Virus genome (UHGV): UHGV-0105382
Origin: a virus
DNA length: 10,501 nucleotides
Reading direction: 5' to 3' (one strand)
In this document: in pieces, positions 6,353 to 10,501 of the stretch
Numbering within the stretch: position 1 is the first letter of the stretch
Layout of the letters: the number at the start of each line of letters is the position of its first letter
Notes under the pieces: generated by a model
What the model was told of the DNA's origin: nothing
Database searches by the model: none
Seen by the model: the letters and a program-made list of their open reading frames with translations, nothing else
Translations under genes and position numbers: made by a program

Positions 6353-6561
6353 CACTTCAGGAGTGGAACGCACGCCAGCGGCGCCCAAGAAGCCTTGAAA
6401 CAGTTCGTCGATGGGTACGCGAGTGCAGGATATTCCCTCCTCCGGTTAAGGATGGAAGAGAGTATCTGTTCCACGAATCAGCGGTAAAGGTTGACTTAAA
6501 TCGACCAGTAACAGGTAGCCTTTTGAAGAGGATCAGAAATGGGAAGAAGGCGAAGTCATGA
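6343..6561 (+). CDS. xis: Excisionase Xis (lambda-type, 72 aa)
   Basis: Translation MYLTLQEWNARQRRPRSLETVRRWVRECRIFPPPVKDGREYLFHESAVKVDLNRPVTG... is essentially the lambda Xis sequence as I recall it. GGAG at 6331-6334. 3' end overlaps the int start as in lambda. Confidence 0.95.
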   Translation: MYLTLQEWNARQRRPRSLETVRRWVRECRIFPPPVKDGREYLFHESAVKVDLNRPVTGSLLKRIRNGKKAKS

Positions 6562-7612
6562 GCGCCGGGATTTACCTCCTAACCTTTATATAAGAAACAA
6601 TGGATATTACTGCTACAGGGACCCAAGGACGGGTAAAGAGTTTGGATTAGGCCGAGACAGGAGGATAGCAATCACTGAAGCTATACAGGCCAACATTGAG
6701 TTACTCTCAGACAGCGGACGCAAATCACTGATAGACAGAATTAAAGGCGGTGACGCAATCACTCTTCATGTGTGGCTTGACCGATATGAAAGAATCCTCA
6801 CCGAAAGGGGGATCAGGCCGAAAACTCTACTCGACTACGCCAGCAAAATCAGGGCAATCCGAAGAAAATTGCCGGACAAACCGCTCACTGACATATCAAC
6901 GAAAGAAGTGGCAGCAATGCTAAACACCTACGTAGCAGAAGGTAAAGCAGCTTCCGCAAAATTAATCAGGTCAACCCTTGTTGACGTTTTTCGTGAAGCA
7001 ATAGCCGAGGGGCATGTGGCAACGAATCCGGTAACAGCAACCCGTACAGCAAAGTCAGAAGTAAGGCGCTCAAGGCTGACAGCTAATGAGTATGTCGAGA
7101 TTTACCATGCAGCCGAACCTCTCCCTATCTGGCTAAGGCTGGCGATGGATTTGGCCGTCGTTACAGGGCAGAGAGTCGGCGATTTGTGCAGAATGAAATG
7201 GTCAGACATAAACGACAACCATCTTCACATTGAACAGAGTAAAACAGGGGCTAAACTCGCCATTCCGCTAATGCTAACGATTGACGCGCTCAATATCTCA
7301 TTGGCTGATACACTACAGAAATGCAGGGATGCCAGCAGCAGTGAAACTATAATCGCATCAAAGCATCACGATCCGCTTTCCCCGAAAACAGTATCAAAGT
7401 ATTTTACAAAGGCGAGAAATGCATCTGGACTCTCATTTGATGGAAACCCGCCAACATTCCATGAACTGCGTAGCCTGTCAGCGAGGCTATACCGGAACCA
7501 GATTGGCGATAAGTTTGCTCAACGTCTTCTCGGGCATAAATCAGATTCAATGGCGGCGCGGTATAGGGACAGCCGTGGACGGGAATGGGACAAAATTGAA
7601 ATCGACAAATGA
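6539..7612 (+). CDS. int: Tyrosine integrase, lambda Int family (357 aa)
   Basis: N-terminal arm-binding domain matches lambda Int (MGRRRSHERRDLPPNLYIRNNGYYCYRDPRTGKEFGLGRDRRIAITEAIQANIEL). Catalytic residues are placed as in lambda (VVTGQRVGDL, HELRSLSARLY, LLGHKSDSMAARYRD, C-terminus REWDKIEIDK). The central core-binding region differs from lambda. Confidence 0.95.
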   Translation: MGRRRSHERRDLPPNLYIRNNGYYCYRDPRTGKEFGLGRDRRIAITEAIQANIELLSDSGRKSLIDRIKGGDAITLHVWLDRYERILTERGIRPKTLLDYASKIRAIRRKLPDKPLTDISTKEVAAMLNTYVAEGKAASAKLIRSTLVDVFREAIAEGHVATNPVTATRTAKSEVRRSRLTANEYVEIYHAAEPLPIWLRLAMDLAVVTGQRVGDLCRMKWSDINDNHLHIEQSKTGAKLAIPLMLTIDALNISLADTLQKCRDASSSETIIASKHHDPLSPKTVSKYFTKARNASGLSFDGNPPTFHELRSLSARLYRNQIGDKFAQRLLGHKSDSMAARYRDSRGREWDKIEIDK

Positions 7613-7706
7613 TTTTATTTTGACTAATAATGACCTGCTTACATTAATTCATTGATAATAAAAGAGATTTCAAATATACAACTTATTCACCTTAAGTGCA
7701 CCGACC
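7613..7706. other. attL-like region: tandem arm-type Int sites, IHF consensus, then the phage/host junction (exact core not determinable)
   Basis: The reverse complement of 7613-7640 reads AGGTCATTATTAGTCAAAATAAAA, close to lambda P'-arm sites (GGTCACTATCAGTCAAAATAAAAT as I recall). The reverse complement of 7644-7656 is TATCAATGAATTA, matching the IHF consensus WATCAANNNNTTR at the position of lambda H'. Confidence 0.6.
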
Positions 7707-10451
7707 GTGAATTTAACCCTGACCCGAAGACTCTGGATGGGCTTTGCCCTGATGGCGCTGTTAACCCTGACCAGTACCCTGGTGGGATGGTACAACCTGC
7801 GCTTTATCAGCCAGGTGGAAAAAGACAACACTCAGGCATTGATTCCTACCATGAATATGGCGCGCCAGTTGAGCGAAGCCAGCGCCTGGGAACTTTTCGC
7901 CGCGCAGAACCTGACCAGTGCCGATAACGAAAAGATGTGGCAGGCGCAGGGGCGAATGCTCACCGCACAAAGCCTGAAGATTAATGCGTTGCTGCAAGCA
8001 TTACGGGAACAAGGTTTTGATACCACCGCTATTGAACATCAGGAGCAGGAGATCTCCCGTTCGTTACGTCAGCAAGGGGAACTGGTGGGACAGCGTTTGC
8101 AACTGCGCCAGCAACAACAGCGACTCAGTCAGCAGATAGTCGCCGCCGCCGATGAAATCGCACGCCTGGCGCAAGGTCAGGCGAATAATGCGGCAACTTC
8201 CGCCGGAGCGACCCAGGCCGGGATTTACGATTTGATCGAACAACATCAGCGTCAGGCCGCAGAAAGTGCACTCGATCGGCTGATTGATATCGATCTTGAG
8301 TATGTTAACCAGATGAATGAACTGCGCCTTAGCGCCCTGCGGGTGCAGCAAATGGTGATGAATCTGGGGTTGGAACAGATCCAGAAAAATGCGCCAACGC
8401 TGGAAAAGCAGCTCAATAATGCGGTGAAAATTCTGCAACGTCGGCAAATACGCATTGAAGATCCGGGAGTTCGTGCTCAGGTCGCAACAACGTTAACTTC
8501 CGTTAGCCAATATAGCGATTTGCTGGCGCTGTATCAGCAGGACAGTGAAATCAGCAATCGCCTGCAAACTCTCGCCCAAAATAACATCGCCCAGTTCGCG
8601 CAGTTTAGTAGCGAAGTCAGTCAGTTGGTCGACACCATTGAGCTGCGTAATCAGCACGGACTGGCGCATCTGGAAAAAGCCAGTGCACGCGGGCAATACA
8701 GCCTGTTATTGCTGGGGATGGTTTCACTTTGCGCACTGATTCTGATCCTCTGGCGCGTGGTTTATCGCTCAGTCACGCGTCCACTTGCCGAACAAACGCA
8801 GGCGCTGCAACGGCTGCTGGACGGTGATATCGACTCCCCTTTTCCGGAAACCGCTGGCGTGCGGGAGCTGGATACCATCGGGCGGCTGATGGATGCGTTT
8901 CGCAGCAGTGTTCATGCACTGAATCGCCACCGCGAACAGCTGGCGGCGCAGGTCAAAGCGCGTACAGCTGAATTGCAGGAGCTGGTGATAGAACACCGAC
9001 AGGCACGGGCGGAAGCAGAAAAAGCCAGCCAGGCAAAATCGGCGTTTCTGGCGGCGATGAGCCATGAGATCCGCACACCGCTGTACGGTATTCTTGGCAC
9101 CGCGCAACTGCTGGCAGATAACCCCGCACTTAATGCCCAGCGTGATGATTTGCGGGCAATTACCGACTCTGGTGAATCGTTGCTGACCATCCTCAACGAT
9201 ATTCTCGATTATTCGGCTATCGAAGCAGGCGGCAAGAATGTTTCGGTCAGCGATGAACCCTTTGAACCGCGCCCGCTGCTGGAAAGTACCCTGCAATTAA
9301 TGAGCGGAAGGGTGAAAGGTCGCCCGATTCGCCTGGCAACAGAAATTGCCGACGATGTACCGACTGCGTTAATGGGCGATCCGCGGCGTATTCGTCAGGT
9401 CATTACCAACCTGTTGAGCAACGCCCTGCGTTTTACTGACGAAGGACAGATCGTTTTACGTAGCCGCACTGATGGCGAGCAATGGCTGGTCGAAGTGGAA
9501 GACAGCGGCTGCGGTATTGATCCCGCGAAACTGGCTGAAATCTTCCAGCCATTTGTTCAGGTTAGCGGCAAACGCGGCGGCACCGGGCTGGGGCTGACCA
9601 TCAGTAGCCGTCTGGCCCAGGCGATGGGCGGCGAACTGAGCGCCACCAGCACGCCGGAAGTTGGAAGCTGTTTTTGTTTACGCTTGCCGTTACGTGTTGC
9701 CACTGCACCCGTGCCAAAAACAGTCAATCAGGCGGTGCATCTGGACGGTTTACGTTTGCTGTTAATTGAAGATAACCCGCTAACCCAGCGAATTACCGTT
9801 GAGATGCTGAACAACAGTGGGGCGCAGGTCGTTGCGGTAGGAAATGCCGCGCACGCAATAGAGACGTTGCAAAATAGCGAACCGTTTGCTGCCGCACTGG
9901 TGGATTTTGATCTGCCCGATATCGACGGCATTACGCTTGCCCGGCAACTGGCACAGCAATATCCGTCGCTGGTTTTGATTGGCTTTAGCGCTCATGTCAT
10001 CGACGAAACGTTGCGCCAGCGTACCAGTTCATTATTTCGCGGGATTATCCCTAAACCGGTGCCGCGTGAAGTGCTCGGTCAGTTACTGGCGCACTATCTC
10101 CAACTGCAAGTCAATAACGATCAACCGCTGGATGTATCGCAACTCAATGAAGATGCTCAGTTGATGGGGACGGAGAAGATCCACGAATGGCTGGCATTAT
10201 TTAAACAACATGCCCTGCCGCTTCTCGATGACATCGGCATCGCCCGCTCCAGCCAGAACAGCGAAAAAATAAAGCGTGCCGCACATCAGCTAAAAAGCAG
10301 TTGCTCGAGTCTGGGAATGCGTAGCGCCAGCCAGCTATGCGCACAACTGGAGCAGCAGCCATTATCTGCCCCCCTTCCACACGAAGAAATTACACGCAGT
10401 GTTGCCGCTCTGGAAGCATGGTTGAATAAGAAAGACCTGAACGCGATTTGA
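7707..10451 (+). CDS. torS: TMAO-responsive hybrid sensor histidine kinase TorS (914 aa from the GTG at 7707; 904 aa if started at the ATG at 7737)
   Basis: Translation matches E. coli TorS as I recall it ([22 protein letters not shown]...). Two transmembrane segments flank a periplasmic domain, followed by an H-box ([11 protein letters not shown], His codon 9063-9065), G-boxes (DSGCGI, GGTGLGL), a receiver domain (LLIEDNP; Asp codon 9903-9905 in [10 protein letters not shown]) and a C-terminal HPt (AAHQLKSS, His codon 10284-10286). Counting from the internal ATG these residues are His443, Asp723 and His850, the phosphorelay positions as I recall them for TorS. Confidence 0.95.
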   Translation: MNLTLTRRLWMGFALMALLTLTSTLVGWYNLRFISQVEKDNTQALIPTMNMARQLSEASAWELFAAQNLTSADNEKMWQAQGRMLTAQSLKINALLQALREQGFDTTAIEHQEQEISRSLRQQGELVGQRLQLRQQQQRLSQQIVAAADEIARLAQGQANNAATSAGATQAGIYDLIEQHQRQAAESALDRLIDIDLEYVNQMNELRLSALRVQQMVMNLGLEQIQKNAPTLEKQLNNAVKILQRRQIRIEDPGVRAQVATTLTSVSQYSDLLALYQQDSEISNRLQTLAQNNIAQFAQFSSEVSQLVDTIELRNQHGLAHLEKASARGQYSLLLLGMVSLCALILILWRVVYRSVTRPLAEQTQALQRLLDGDIDSPFPETAGVRELDTIGRLMDAFRSSVHALNRHREQLAAQVKARTAELQELVIEHRQARAEAEKASQAKSAFLAAMSHEIRTPLYGILGTAQLLADNPALNAQRDDLRAITDSGESLLTILNDILDYSAIEAGGKNVSVSDEPFEPRPLLESTLQLMSGRVKGRPIRLATEIADDVPTALMGDPRRIRQVITNLLSNALRFTDEGQIVLRSRTDGEQWLVEVEDSGCGIDPAKLAEIFQPFVQVSGKRGGTGLGLTISSRLAQAMGGELSATSTPEVGSCFCLRLPLRVATAPVPKTVNQAVHLDGLRLLLIEDNPLTQRITVEMLNNSGAQVVAVGNAAHAIETLQNSEPFAAALVDFDLPDIDGITLARQLAQQYPSLVLIGFSAHVIDETLRQRTSSLFRGIIPKPVPREVLGQLLAHYLQLQVNNDQPLDVSQLNEDAQLMGTEKIHEWLALFKQHALPLLDDIGIARSSQNSEKIKRAAHQLKSSCSSLGMRSASQLCAQLEQQPLSAPLPHEEITRSVAALEAWLNKKDLNAI

Positions 10452-10501
10452 ATCAATATCAGCCAGTTAAGAACAACTAGAATAGTGGCATTTGGTATGC
10501 A

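Larger units (their letters stand above)
1..7706 (+). mobile_element. Lambdoid prophage, int-proximal arm (truncated at the window's left edge; right boundary is approximate and lies inside the attL region)
   Basis: Co-linear + strand gene set in lambda-like order (cIII-like, Kil-like, recombination genes, Ea22-like, xis, int) ending in arm-type Int sites. Genes are tightly packed, with ATGA or TAAATG stop/start overlaps at 650, 1616, 3284, 3448, 3798 and 4935. Host torS follows immediately. Confidence 0.85.

Noticed and set aside
7613-7706. Search for the lambda attP core (GCTTTTTTATACTAA) or a tRNA gene at the integration site
   Set aside because: Neither is present. The junction is next to a protein-coding gene (torS) and the core is not recognisable from a single end; defining it needs the other prophage end or an unoccupied site.
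7419-7927. Track ORFs 7419..7655 and 7652..7927 (+ strand)
   Set aside because: The first is an alternative frame inside int. The second spans the attL arm and the 5' end of torS out of frame. Neither has an RBS or recognisable sequence.
1-10501. CRISPR arrays, IS elements or long repeats
   Set aside because: No regularly spaced direct repeats, terminal inverted repeats or transposase-like ORFs were seen. The only repeats noted are short (the 8-nt GAACTCGC pair and hairpin stems).

Overview
The window holds the int-proximal ~7.7 kb of a lambda-like (lambdoid) prophage, followed by a complete host torS gene (TMAO hybrid sensor kinase). Every supported gene is on the + strand. The prophage part reads like a lambda early-left (pL) operon running toward the attachment site: an acidic small protein, cIII-like and Kil-like small proteins, a recombination module (Rad52-like annealing protein, SSB, DEDDh 3'-5' exonuclease), a run of small unknown ORFs, two Ea22-like paralogs, a Cys-rich small protein, a DUF550/DUF551-type protein, two further small ORFs with flanking terminator hairpins, then xis, int and an attL-like region with lambda-type arm sites and an IHF motif. 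torS starts about 95 bp after the int stop and looks intact. No tRNA, rRNA, CRISPR array or IS element was seen. The most promising candidates for undescribed function are the unannotated accessory genes between the exonuclease and xis, and the non-canonical recombination module with its C-terminally extended SSB. All family assignments come from reading the translations and from memory of known proteins; no database search was run.
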